From Takakia lepidozioides (Eukaryota; Plantae; Bryophyta), in assembly GCA_030704615.1 (NCBI GenBank), contig CM060732.1, forward strand, positions 37,200,001-37,264,000: a stretch of 64,000 bases of DNA. Direction: 5' to 3'. Made by a program: the position numbers and the translations under genes. This document shows positions 1 through 12,229 of this stretch, piece by piece (the first letter of the stretch is position 1; the number at the start of each line of letters is the position of its first letter). The notes under the pieces were generated by a model. That model saw only the letters and a program-made list of their open reading frames with translations, did no database searches and was not told the origin of the DNA.

Positions 1-404
1 ACCCCAAAAAGCAAGAGAGAAAGATATGAAGTAAAAGGAACCCTAATCGCCAAAAGCACCTTGAGCGATTGGGGAAGGTAACACTGCGCCATCGCCACCA
101 ACACGCCACCTCCAACATAGCTAAGGAGAAGCGAAGCATCCAAATGCTAGGTCTAAGAAGGGAGAGGGAGCGATATACTTCCCCACCAAAGCGCCGCTGC
201 GAAACATAAAAACCGGAGGAGGGAAATGGACGATAGAACCCGCTGTGAGAAGAGACAAGACGCCGCCATTGCGCATCCCCAGGAGCTCGTCCGGCATGAA
301 GCAGCAAACAGGGTAGCAGCAGAGCTCAGACGCCATAACTCGCAAGCTCAGCAGCACGAGGAATGCAGCTGACAGCGGGAGAGACACCCTAGGGCAGAGC
401 CCGA

Positions 405-1030
405 TTTTTCATCCGGAGGATGAATAATCAATACCCTTTTTCTTAAGAACCCGACGGATGTCATCTGTTAGCTAGGTTTAAACAGTAGATTATAGGGTAG
501 GAGTTAGGGTTTCACTCCTTAATTAGCAATAATTAAGGGTAATTAAAAAAATCTCCATGGCCGTCATAAGCTGCTTTTTTCATCCGGTCCAGATGAAAAA
601 AAAAATAGGTTCATTTGTTTGGATGAGGTCCATCAGCAGGATGAAAAATTAGTATACATCATCCAGGGCAGCGGTTTTTCATTCTAATAGGTAATTCATC
701 ATCCCTTAAGAGAAAGCCTCATTCAGTACGGAAAAAAACATAAAGGGGGAATAAAACGAATTCAAATCCTGGTATTTTTCATCCGGCATGGATGGAAAAA
801 ATTATAGATAGGATGTCAGTGTCATAACCCTTATGGAGGTAATTCCTCATTCTCTGATTACTCATCTGATAGATGAAAGTCAATAAAAGAGGAATGAAAA
901 ATTATAGGTCCTTTTTAAAGGTACTTTAGTGTCCACCCAGGTGATTCTTCCGGTATGGATAGAAAACCTTTACAAGTCGGGTGAAAACACCTTTTAGAGT
1001 CCATCTGGTATAGATGGAAAATCATGAAAA
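405..1030. repeat. Cluster of short TCATCC/GGATGA palindromes
   Basis: Repeated tcatcc-N(3-6)-ggatga units with T/A-run flanks, e.g. tcatccggaggatga (409-423), tttttcatccggtccagatgaaaaa, tttttcatccggcatggatggaaaaa. Confidence 0.65.
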
Positions 1031-1130
1031 GAACACTGATGCAAACGGCCAGTTTCGAGGAGGGAGATAGAGGGAGAGTGGGGGCAACAATGAAAAAAAA
1101 TGGGTTGGGGGGGGGGGGGGGGGGGGGGGA

Positions 1131-1790
1131 GGTCAGATGGTGGGGTCAGCTGCAGCATATGTCCAACACCAGATATCCTAAGTTAATCGACTCTATATCT
1201 TGGAAACAGGACCGCCCACCGACCTGTCAAACAGGCTAAGTCCTGGCAGAAGACAGTAGAAGAGATTCTCAAGGACCTGGACCTGGAACCGCAAGTCTTC
1301 ACCCTGCTAGATAAATCTGACTTAGAGGCTGTAGTGTCCAACCATGTCTGTTGCCATGAGATTGTCTGATGAAAATGAAGTTAGGCAAAAAACTTCCCTG
1401 AACTTGTTTCCAATCAGTGACATGGGGGAGGACATCTTGGATGACCTTAAGGGTCTACCCACTCTCGGCACTAGACTGAAATTTAAACTCAGGGCAGGAA
1501 GCCTACCTTTGAATAGCAAACAGAAGCAGATAGGAAATGGAGAGTGCAATTGCCCGTTGTGTTGGTAATCTGAAGACAATACTCATTTTCTGATACACTG
1601 TCTGGGGTTCTCTCACCAAAGAGACGCTCAGAGAGGCCTAGTTATTGGGCAAATCACACATAGCAGATTGATGCTTGTGTGAAGGGATCTGTAGAGGATA
1701 TCTGGAAAACCCGGATTAGTTCCATATGTGAAGGTAAGTCTTACTACCAACGTCAGCCCCTGACAGAGGTAGGATCTGTCCCTTTTGTTT
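1131..1790 (+). mobile_element. LINE (RTE-X-like) ORF2 C-terminal fragment, internally deleted
   Basis: Translates [17 protein letters not shown]...[12 protein letters not shown]...CNCPLC; closely matches the RT-bearing copy at 49576-51063. Confidence 0.85.
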
Positions 1791-1800
1791 CCCCAAGAGA

Positions 1801-1912
1801 GGGGGCAACAAAGAAAAATAGAGAATGTAGGGGGGGGAGTGACTGAGCAGCAACAGCTGCTCAGTCACTCCCCCCCCCCCCCCCACCTTCTTTTCTTTTC
1901 TTTGTTGCCCCC
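1801..1912. repeat. ~110 bp fold-back / MITE-like hairpin
   Basis: gggggcaacaaagaaaa...ggagtgactgagcagc-aaca-gctgctcagtcactcc...ttttctttgttgccccc. Confidence 0.8.
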
Positions 1913-1957
1913 TGATGTCTCCCTCTCTCTCCCTCTCTTCTGTGTTGCTCTCTTTTA

Positions 1958-2692
1958 AGCTCCCGACGAGATAAATTCAAGGTCAGATGGTGGGTTCAGC
2001 TGCAACATATGTCCAACACCAGATATCTTAAGTTAATCGACTCTATATCTTGGAAACAGGACCGCCCACCGACCTGTCAAACAGGCTAAGTCCTGGTAGA
2101 AGACAGTAGAAGAGATTCTCAAGGACCTGGACTTGGAACCGCAAGTCTTCACCCTGCTGGATAAATCTGACTTAGAGGCTGTAGTGTCCAACCATGTCTG
2201 TGGGCAACCTGAAGACATTATTCATTTTCTAAAACACTGTCCGGGGTTCTCTCACCAAAGAGACGCTTTCTTCAAATCTATCAAGGGAATTGTGCATGTA
2301 CCTCTGTTTACTAACTTTGAAAAAGTCGAGGCTGAGCCAAAAGCCTAGCCCCTTCGCCCTGTCAAACAGGGTGAGCCCTGGGAGAAGAGAGTAAAAACGA
2401 TTCTCAAGGATCTGAATCTGGACCCGCAAGTCTTGACCTTGCTAGATAAACCTGACTTAGAGAGTGTAGTGTCCAAAGCCATGTCTGTTACCAGAAAATT
2501 GTCCGATGAAAATGAAGTTAGGAAGAAAACTTCCCTGAACCTGTTTCCAGTCTGTGACATAGGGGAGGACATCATGGATGCACTCAAGGGTCTATCCCAC
2601 TCTTGGCACCAGACCTAAATTTAAAGTCAGGGCAAGAAGACTACCTTTGAACAGTAAACAGAAGCAGAGAGGAAAGGGAGAGTGCAATTTCC
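1958..2692 (+). mobile_element. Two further tandem fragments of the same LINE family
   Basis: 1958-2350 repeats the 1131 fragment with a deletion; 2355-2692 is a more diverged copy ([17 protein letters not shown]...[10 protein letters not shown]). Confidence 0.8.
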
Positions 2693-3119
2693 CTGACGTA
2701 CCTCTGCAGCTGCTGGTGCTTGAAGCGAGCTGGCGCGGCGAGCTGTTGCGGTGATGTCGCGGCTGCCAGCGGCATGGGTCCCCGCTGCTGCAAGGCGTCT
2801 CTCCCCCGCTCACCACGGCTCTCTCTCTCTCTTCAGCTCGTTAGGTCGCGCCTCTCCGAGACGTTCCTACCACACAGGGGAGAAAGACATCAGCCCGTGC
2901 TTAGGGCAAGAAAGAAAGACAGAAAGTGAGGGAGGAGGCGGTGCTTACCTTGGGCGTTGGAGCGGCGTTGGGGCAAACTCTTTGGGGCCTTGCGACCACC
3001 TCGGGTTCAGCAGCAGGTGTGTTTCTCCTCCACCCTAAACCCCACTCTCTGAACTACCTCTCTCCCAAAGAACAAACGAAAACAGGAGGGGAAAGAGATG
3101 CTGGAAGCACTTAGGGAAT

Positions 3120-3470
3120 ATAAAAGGGTGCGGCGCCCACGTGCGACGCCCAGCCGTCGCACGCCTGCGCCCGCCCTTTTTTGAAATGTAAAAATGAAGA
3201 TTGCGACGGCTGGCCGTCGTTTCTTGCGACCCCCGGCCCCATAAATAAAAAAACACGTCACCCCCCGCGACGTTCGTCCGTCGCGGGGTGCGACCGCCAG
3301 TTAAAAAATTAAAAAAACTCGTCATCCAATGCGACGCCAGGGTGTCGCAGGAGGCGACGGCCGGCCTTTCTAGATTTTGGGTTTACGGCCTTTTGCATTT
3401 CTTAGTTTTTATTTATTTTATTTATTTTTTCATATGGTACTGGGTTAGGGTGTTTGCTTTTCTTTATGGT
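3120..3470. repeat. CACTA left subterminal repeat arm
   Basis: tgcgac/gtcgca motifs; 3425-3470 is the near-exact reverse complement of 9483-9528. Confidence 0.8.
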
Positions 3471-3802
3471 GCTGGATTTTGGATTGGCGGTTTTGGTTGT
3501 GGGTCTTGGGGTTAAGAGGATAAACGGTGTAATTAGGATTCACATACCCAAAATGTGGCTCAATTTGATAATCGCAAAGCGCTGGGTCTCAACAAATTTT
3601 TCCATAGTGTGAGCATCCTAAAGATAGAACGAGATGAAGGATTTATTGTCTTGGGCTCTAGCACCATAGGGATGCTCTGCCTTTGGTTACCAATTTTGAA
3701 AGCCCCGAGGCTGAGGCATAGGGTTTTTTTGCCAACGGTTTTTGAGAAATGAAAGTGTTGGTGGTGTGTGTTAATTAGGATGGGATGGTGAGGAAACATT
3801 GA

Positions 3803-5023
3803 CCCGTCTCCCTCGAGGATGGGGAGGTAGTACCACATATCGATTGTGGCCCTAGAGCGACCATTTTTCGTGGCGAGGAGGCACCCATTGCACTTGATCC
3901 AATACAGGCTGTCGGGCACAATCGTAGAAGGGACCGGGGCCAAATTTCAGGTGATGCGGAGGATGTTGACACTCCGGGATCGAGTCGGCCGCGCCGTGGG
4001 TTGCCCCCTCGCGGGCCACCCCGTCCAACCACGTCCACCTTTGACCCCCCGACAGGAGAGCAGGCCCACCCCCCCCCCCCCCCCCCTCCAGTTTCCTCAT
4101 GCGGTCCCCCTGATTGTGGCCTCCCCCCCCCGTCTGTTTCTTTGCCTGATCCACCTCCGGTTGTACCTGATCCGGACGTTGTACCCCCGGCCGCACCTCC
4201 GACATTACATCCTCAACCACCTCCACTTTCATCTCCTCCGCCAGCAGTACCACCTCCACTTCCACCACCACCACCACCTCCACGTGCATGTGCCCCCCGA
4301 ACCCCTAGGAGGGGTCGGTTTCGCCCAAGGTTCCTCCCCTTCGGCTTGGGTGGCCTGAGCCGGATCCTCGCCCCCGATGGGAAGTGCATAGGACTATGTT
4401 ACTGAGGACCGTCCAGCCTCGTTGCTGGGGGGATCATCTCGACCCTCCCACCCCCATCCGAGAAAATGTGGAGTTCGAGTATTGGGGAGACGGTATGTTG
4501 TGAGAGCCGCTACAGACCCTGCTATGGGTCGGGGTTTATTCACGGTCAATGATATTGTGGTTCATCCTCGGAGAAACAGCATGGTGGACTTGTTTCCCTA
4601 CTACGGTCCATACTACACCTCCGCGGAGTTCCGTACATTACGCCTCGAAGCCCCATACATCATACCCTACATTTTGTGTGTCAACGAACAGGATGTACGT
4701 AGATGGGGTTGTCTGATGGTGACCCCGACATCTTCGGCAATGTTGCTGGGCTGATCAATAGTTCTTTTGGTCATCCTAGGAGAACCAATGTAGTATGGGA
4801 CGAGCGAAGCGATGGGCATGAGAGCTTTTGTGGTCATACGTCAGTATACTGTGAGGGGATGGACATGTTTGTGATGACATATGCTAGTAGGACTATTAGG
4901 GCTGGCAGCGAACTATTTGCATCATACGAGTTCTCCCGGGATGATTGGGACCTCCGATTACAGCGTGAGTGGGATGTGTATGATAGAAATAGTGTTCCTT
5001 TGAGACTGCTGGATCTTTTGTAG
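3803..5023 (+). pseudogene. Proline-rich + SET-domain ORF carried inside the CACTA element (frameshifted)
   Basis: Pro-rich frame to 4405; ORF 4422-4754 gives GRGLF and YYGPYY; ORF 4703-5023 gives GNVAGLINSS...TNV and ASRTIRAGSELFASY, i.e. SET motifs in canonical order across a frameshift near 4705. Confidence 0.75.
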
Positions 5024-5332
5024 AGGTGTTGCACACATATTTAAGCACATGTAGGAAAAAATGAAGCTTGAGCCACATCCGTTTGTTGGGTGCAATGACA
5101 TGAGAGGATTTTTTTTCACATTAATAAACAAAAATTGGTTGATAGGGTGAATACGTCATTGGGGGGGCAAATGATTTTGTTTGGGTTTGAAACTTTGCAT
5201 GCGTGTACGTTACGCACATACATGTAATTATTGAATGACATATTTGATGCACACTGCATTTCGCTTATAATGAAGTGTATGGTTGCAAGGACACATTATA
5301 ATATATGTCCCTATGTTCATTTGTTCGTATCA

Positions 5333-8300
5333 GGACTTTGTCCATGACCCTTCCCGGTCTTTTCTCTTGGCACCCCATCCGAAAACAACCCAAGTACATC
5401 AGGCAGGAGCCGTGGGCGAGACGCCGCCCCCACGGTACCGGACGATGATGACGATGACAATGATAGTGACAGTGACAACAACAATGAGCATGGAATTAAC
5501 CAGGAGGATGTGCAAGCCATAGAGGATCTCTTAATGCATCACATGAAGAGGGAACCCGGCCAATCGATGATCCTGAAATGGCCCCCTCAAATGACATGGA
5601 GAGAGAGGCGAGAACTCCCTTGTACGAAGGAGCGAAAGTGAATCGACTTTCAACAATCTTACTTTTGCTCAATCTTCAAATTCGATTTGGCATAAGTAAT
5701 GTTGGGATGTCTGCCATAATGCGAACTATTGTAGACTATATCCTTGCTCCACACTTGAAACCCAAGATGTCACGGTCGCGGAAAGAGGCGCGCGAAGTCG
5801 TGGACTCTGTGGGGATGGGCTATAAGATTTTTCATGCATGTCCATGTGATAAAACCCTATACTACGGAGAGGATTGGCATCTCACCAAGTGCCCAAAGTG
5901 CAAGAAAGATCGATATCGGGATGATGTCCAAGGGAAAAAAGTACCACGCAAGGTATAAGCGCCATTCCCCCTCGCATGGAGATTATTAGAGAGTAGTACT
6001 CATGCAAGATCTGATTGTGGTTCTGGAAGGGGTGAGTGAGGAGTGGAAGGAACGACGTTTGGTTTTGACCATTCACACCCAAACGAGGGAGAGGCTGCAT
6101 AAAGGGAAATGCATAAGGGTGTTGTATTATGTGTGCTAATGGGATGATTACATGTGGGGGGCGTGGGGTATTTCATCCTAGAAAATGCATTACTTTCCGA
6201 TCATCCCGCGATTGAGGGCACAATACCAAAGCCCCGAATTGGCCAGACTCATGAGATGGCACGCCTCGCATCGGAGCCCCCCGGGAAAGGTGTGCGGGCC
6301 ACAAGATTCACAAGCATGGAGGCATATTGAAGAAATGTGGCATTTTCTTTTGGAGGACCCATGACATGTCCACCTCGGCTTCTCCTCGGATGGGGTCAAC
6401 CCATTCTCTGTCCAGTCATGTAGTTATTCCACTTGGCCGGTGACCATGGTGAATTACAACATCCCTCCGTATCTTTCAATTAAAAAATGCCATATCATGT
6501 TGGCTGCCATTGTGCCAGGTGAGTGTACTCATTTTGTCTTCGACTTTACATTAAACTTCTGATCTTTGACGCAATTTGGATGCAAGATTGATGAGTGACA
6601 TAATCATGGAGTAAGACGTGTAATTCATTTTGTAGTATAATCTGCATATTGGTGGAGTATTGAAACAATGATGTGAATGTCTCAAAGGGAAAGAATAAGT
6701 GGCAAACATGGACACGTACTTGCGACCTCTTGTTGATGAACTTAAAGAGCTATGGAGGGGGGTCCCGGCATTGGATGCTTCACTTGACCCTATGGCCGGA
6801 CAATCTTTTCAGATGAGAGACATCTTGCTTTGGACAATGCATGATTATCCAGGTATATTTATGTTCCCCATGAACAACATGCGTACATTCACTTGTCAAT
6901 GCCGGATGAGGATGAGGATTGGGATTGATTGAAGTAGCGGCGACAGTCTTGTGCACCGTAGTGGGGTAGATGGCATAATGGGCCATGCACATGACAACTT
7001 TTTGTTTTTGCTAATGTGGGGGATGTGTAGTACAAGACTAGCTGTTTGCTCGGGGCTAAGCACCAAAGGGTACCATGCATGCTTGCATTGTGGCGATGAT
7101 CTTGATGTACATAGCTCCCGCCGTCTTCACAAGATGGTGTATCCCAACTACCGCAAATTTCTTCCTATGAGCCATCGATGGAGAAGAAGAGAGAAACAAT
7201 TGTTTAATGGCAAAGAGGAAGTACGTCCCCCCCCTATGACACCGTCCGGGCAATTTTGGGAGGACCAATGGACGGAGGCCCATGCGGGCACGGACGGTGA
7301 AGTGGACGTGCCCGGCATGAAACGACTTTCAATCTTCTACGAGTTGTCATATTGGATGGTACATATTCCACAAAAACACCGTCAATATCCCTATGCATGC
7401 ATGTGATATTGCACATTTGGTATGCGTTGCATTGTCACTTTCACGTAAAAAAATTTGTGTAAGTCTTTGTGGGTGGGGATATATGTAGGACCTGAAGATT
7501 CGCCATCTTCTAGATCCCATGCATATTGAGAAGAATGTCCACTCGTCTTTTTTTCGGGTTCTTCATGGCACGCCGACAAAGAAGGGAGTGGCTGCAAAAG
7601 GAGTTTCTCTCGGTGTTAGAAAGGGGCTTGAGGAGCAGGGTCGCATGCGCCATCTATGGGCCGAACAAAATGGTGTGGACCCAATGGTGTTGTACGGTGG
7701 AAGTATAGGCGCGCACCTTGGCAATGGACAAAGGAGGAATACAAGAAAGTGATAGCCACCATAAGTGTTGTCCGAATACCAACTGGTTATGGGTCATCCC
7801 TCCGTACGAAGTTCAGCGAAGAAGACGGGGTCCATGGTTTGAAGTCTCATGACTATCACAATCTATTGCAAGACATCTTGCCCATTGCAGTACGTGGGAC
7901 ATTGACTCCCGAGGTTCGTGAGACAATCTATAGATTGGGAGGCTGGTTCCGGTGGATTTGCTCCAAAGAGTTGGAAGAAGCAGATTTTCCACGCATGAAG
8001 AAGGAGGCGGCGGAGGTAATGTGTATGTTGGAGATGCACCTTCCTCCCTCCTTCTTTGACATCCAAGTGCACTTGGTAGTGCACTTAGTGGAAGAGGCTT
8101 CAATTGCCGGCCCCGTTCATTCTCGGTGGATGTACTTCTTTGAGCGTTATATGAAAACTTTGAAATGATTGTAAGACAAATGGCGTACCCGGAGGGTAGC
8201 ATGGCGGAGAAGTATACGTTGCAAGAAACTATGTTCTATTGCACGGAGTACATGGCAAGGGTGGATGAGGAATCCCCTCGGATGTGGAACGAAGAGGAGG

Positions 8301-9039
8301 ATGCACGAAATGTTCCTTCACAAAATTTGCCCATGGAATTGCAGCCTCTAAGTTCATTCCAACAGTGGCTTCGGACTTCAGTTTATGACGCCGTTGCTCA
8401 ATGAGAGGTGGTTTCAGATTTGGTGCGAGACATTGCAAGGGGCCCCTCTCAATTCACGACCTCATACACGGCGGTTTGGGTTCACGGTCGTCATTTCCGC
8501 ATTCGTGCTCTTGACATGAAGCACAAAACAACCTTTGATTCTGGCTTGTGTGCCACATATTGGCAAGACTCCATGTGGGGCAAGGGAGATACACGACCGG
8601 CTATGAGCAAACTTGAGTACATTGGAGAGCTTGAGAGCATAATCCAACTTCAGTATACAAGGTACCGGCCTCTTCTCTTCAAGGGAAGGTGGTTCCAACC
8701 ACTTCTTGTGGGCCCTCCGCAACACTAGTGTAAGATGATTGTGGTTTCATACGCGTCAATGCAGATAGGCTCAACCCTACTCATCGTCCCTCCGATGAGT
8801 TTTTTTCACGGCCTTCAGACATGGAGCAAGTTTTCTTCTCCGATGACAAAACAAGAGGGGGGAATTGGAAGGTGGTTGTGCATGCTCAGCCAAGAGGAAG
8901 ACGTATCTATCATGGTCTCGGATCTCCATGGGGTGAGGCAATTGCGGTGGACGGAGAGACTGGTCATAATGATACTGATGATGGAGGTTGGGTAGAGGGG
9001 ATAGAAGAGGATGATGACGCCCCGGACAATGCATCCTAG
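5333..9039 (+). pseudogene. CACTA transposase (Tnp2/Transposase_21, DUF4218- and DUF4216-like regions), spliced, with stops
   Basis: TPLYEG; HACPCD..CPKC; YFPIIPRL; DGVNPF; WPV...NIPP; MDTYLRPLVDEL; HDYPG; MHIEKNV; LKSHDYH; PPSFFDIQVHL...GPVHSRWMYFFERY; premature stops near 6362 and 8166. Confidence 0.92.
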
Positions 9040-9482
9040 ACCCTATATGATGAAGCTCTAGAAGATACGGATGTTGGAGAAGGAGACGAAGACACGGCCA
9101 TTGACAACGAGGTGGAGGATGATTCGGAGGTGCCTTTTGAGGGCCGGGGCATTTATGACGATGACTCCGATGACCAAGAAGACTTGCAGCTTGATGAGGA
9201 TGAAGAGGCTCCGGATGATAATGTTCAAGTTGATTAGACAAAAAATCAAAGCTACATAATAATTCTCGCACCGAACTGGACCCATCCCTTTGATTGATTG
9301 TACATGTACATGCATATTGTACTTTATTTCTATGATTCATCAAATATGGCTGTGGCTGGTAGTCTTTCAAGAAAGAAGGCAGAGGCAATGAATATTCTGG
9401 AACAACACATACAAATGTGGTATCAAGAGAATTATCAAAATGAATGTCACAATCTACAAGAAGGTCCACAACAACAAGCTAA

Positions 9483-10199
9483 ACCATAAAGAAAAACAAA
9501 CACCCTACCCCAGTACCATATGAAAAAAAAAAAAAACTAAGAACCCCCAAAGGCCCTAAACCTAAACCTAGAAAGCCCCACCATCGCCTCTTGCGACCCC
9601 CACGCGTCGCAAACTGCGACGCGTTTTCTTGGATTTATGAGGCCGGGGGTCGCAAATGGCGACGACCATCCGTCGCCAACTGCGACATGTTTTTTTTAAT
9701 GGATTTATGAGGTCGGGGGTCGCAAACGGCGACAGACAGCTGTCGCAAACTGTGACATGTTTTTTTTTGTTTTGAAAGAATAGGGCAGCCGGGCAGTTTG
9801 CGACGCCCGGCCGTCGCAGGGGCCTTTTGCCCTTCATGCCACCATGCGACGGCCGGGCGTCGCAAGAAAGGGCTGCGTTGAAAGAAATGGCAAGAAATGG
9901 TTTTTTTTTTTTTCCGGCGTGCGACGACCGGCCGTCGCCAGAAAGGGCTGCCTTCTGCCCTTCACTGGGGGCGACGCTTAGGCGTCGCACGGAAGGGCTG
10001 CCATTTTCCCTCATCACTCCGTGCGACGGCCAGGCGTCGCCGCCTAGCCCCGGCGCCAGGTTTCACTCCTACGGGGTTTGGCTGCGACGCGCCCGGCGTC
10101 GCAAACATGCTCCGCAGGGTTGGCGTCGCACCCTCGGCGCCGCGCGGGGCGTGGGGCGCGGCTGGCGTCGCAAAACCCCCCCCCCCATTTGCTGTAGTG
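9483..10199. repeat. CACTA right subterminal repeat arm and TIR
   Basis: Many tgcgacg / cgtcgca units in both orientations ending in TAGTG. Confidence 0.88.
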
Positions 10200-10457
10200 A
10201 ATTATGTGTTAAGACTAAGCTTGGCCTATAAGCACATTCGAAGCGTCTTCTATGGTTTGGAGTTTGGAGGTGAGCAAGTATATTTATCATCTTTTTAGTC
10301 TGCTGGTCAATTTGCTTATAGTAAATTATTGAAACAACTTCATCTTTGAAGTGTGTTCAATATACCGCGTGATGGCCGGGCACGTTGGCATCAACCTCAC
10401 ACGATGTGCACACATTTCATGGGAAGCACCCTCACCCCATGATGGGTGCCAATTCCG

Positions 10458-11992
10458 TCATGCAATTCTCATGTCAATGATGTCATAGGAAAGGTACTTC
10501 TGACAATGTGGCATGAGATGAAGGCTACCTTTCAGCATCTCGTTCACGCACGTCGGATTTTCAGCCAGGAGGCGCAACGTCGTGGAAAGGGCGGAGGCAG
10601 TGGTTTCGTGACCAGCAAACAAGAGAACAATAAGGTTGTCATGGATGGCTTCCTCGGAGAGGAACTGTTCATTCTCGTCCGCCGTCGTCAGGAGCACCGA
10701 CAGAAGGTCTTGACGCGACGATACGCGTTTGTCTCTGAGTTCCTGCCACGGTCAAGATCTTGCATGGGCATAACAATGCTTGACCAATCCCTGATCTCTT
10801 GAGAAGAAAGAAAGACAACACGGTTCAAGCACAAAAACATTCTTCGAGGAGGTGTAATTTCATCTGGCTCATAAAAAAGGGTCATTCAGCTACGAGCTTG
10901 AATTGCAGTATGTAACAAGTGTACAGTAGTACCTAGGTAGTAAATCATATGGTAGATCCTGCTTAGTTGTACAAGAGGTTCTCTTGTTACCTGGGGTCTT
11001 CTTGTCGTGATGGCGACGAGGCCGCTCAGGAGGATCTGACGTGCGCGTTTAGCTTTCCAGAAACGAGTGCCCGGGATATCGAAGGGAAGGTTCCTGAGGC
11101 CTTCCAACATAACGTTGAATGCCTCGAAAAGTTTGTCGAGTTCAGGGCCCTCTTTTAAGCTCAAGAGGAGGTCGCATGACAAAACAAATGCAAATTGTTT
11201 GAGGCACTTAGATCCTATCACTTGGTCTTGATTCTCCCAGTGCTTGGATATATGGGCCGCTGCCAATACGTCCATTCTCGGCACAAAACTCTCCAGCGAT
11301 TCACGACTGAAGAAAGTCATGAGGATTCGGCGGATGCGTCTGTGCAATCTCCCCATAGTCGAGATTAGTTCAAAGCAGCAGCACTGTGAAGTCACTTGTG
11401 AGAACTTTTAAGGAATTCTTATCGTGCGTCAAATTGTCTCACAATAGCAAGGTCGAGCACATGCACATTGTTTGGATGGCAAGCTTATTGTGTATGAAGT
11501 TGTTGATTTCTTCCTGCATACCAATCTACAAATTGTATTTTTGAATCTTCAGTAGTGCAGTGATCATTGTAACTCATGCCGTGTGGTCATATACACAGAC
11601 ATGTTGCAAATACTAGACTATCCGCTGTAGACCTTTCTGGAAACTTGGTTCAGCTGAAGATTGTTGAAGTAGGTACCAGTTCAAAGGAAGTTTGTAGAGT
11701 AAATCGTTCACTTGTTTTAGCAAGTTTCATCAATTGACAAGTTTGTCCATTTCAAAAAACAATCATTCAAGGAGTATAAACTACCTGTGAGAGTCGGGTG
11801 TCCCGTGGAAAAAGACTTCCTTTCCAAGAAGGGTGAGAGCTGAGTCGGGCAGCGATTTCGAAACAGTTTGTTCTCATTGGCATACACGAACTTATTTCCA
11901 GTAGGCGCGGGCAAACATATAGTATGTGTTAACATCAATGATGTTTTGAACACCCTTCCATATTTCTCCTCCCGAGTCTGCGACCAGATCAA
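10458..11992 (-). pseudogene. Cytochrome P450, CYP85 clan (CYP716-like), truncated
   Basis: KYGRVFKTSL...GNKFVYANENKL; HRRIRRILMTFF..ESL; DIPGTRFWKAKRAR; I-helix LLFAGHETTAS; frameshifts; no ExxR or heme-Cys exon found. Confidence 0.82.
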
Positions 11993-12229
11993 ACCATGAG
12001 ATCATTTGGCATCTGGAATTACACTAGATCTTGCGACTCATAAATTGACCTATTGTGTCAACACTGTCTTTCACTTATGCTACGTGGATGATCGGTAATT
12101 GGATTAACAAATGTCACGGATCTCGAACTAAATATAATAGCTCAGCTGCTCGTGGTATAAGTTTTCTTTCCACATTTGTTATTTATCACAACAACACGTT
12201 GAGGCGGTATCCGCTCAACTCATGGGAAT

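Larger units (their letters stand above)
3120..10199 (+). mobile_element. CACTA (En/Spm) DNA transposon, left terminus missing
   Basis: Right end atttgctgtagtg (reverse complement CACTACAGCAAAT) at 10187-10199; dense tgcgacg/cgtcgca subterminal repeats at both ends; internal Tnp2-type transposase. Confidence 0.9.

Noticed and set aside
121-387. 88-aa ORF as a secreted peptide
   Set aside because: No ATG at the listed start and no known motif; looks more like a 5' UTR or first intron of something outside the window
4001-4405. Extensin or formin host gene
   Set aside because: No signal peptide, SPPPP/Tyr repeats or FH2 domain; it lies inside the CACTA element and leads into the SET region
9568-10298. 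Overlapping 130-150 aa ORFs
   Set aside because: By-products of GC-rich subterminal repeats
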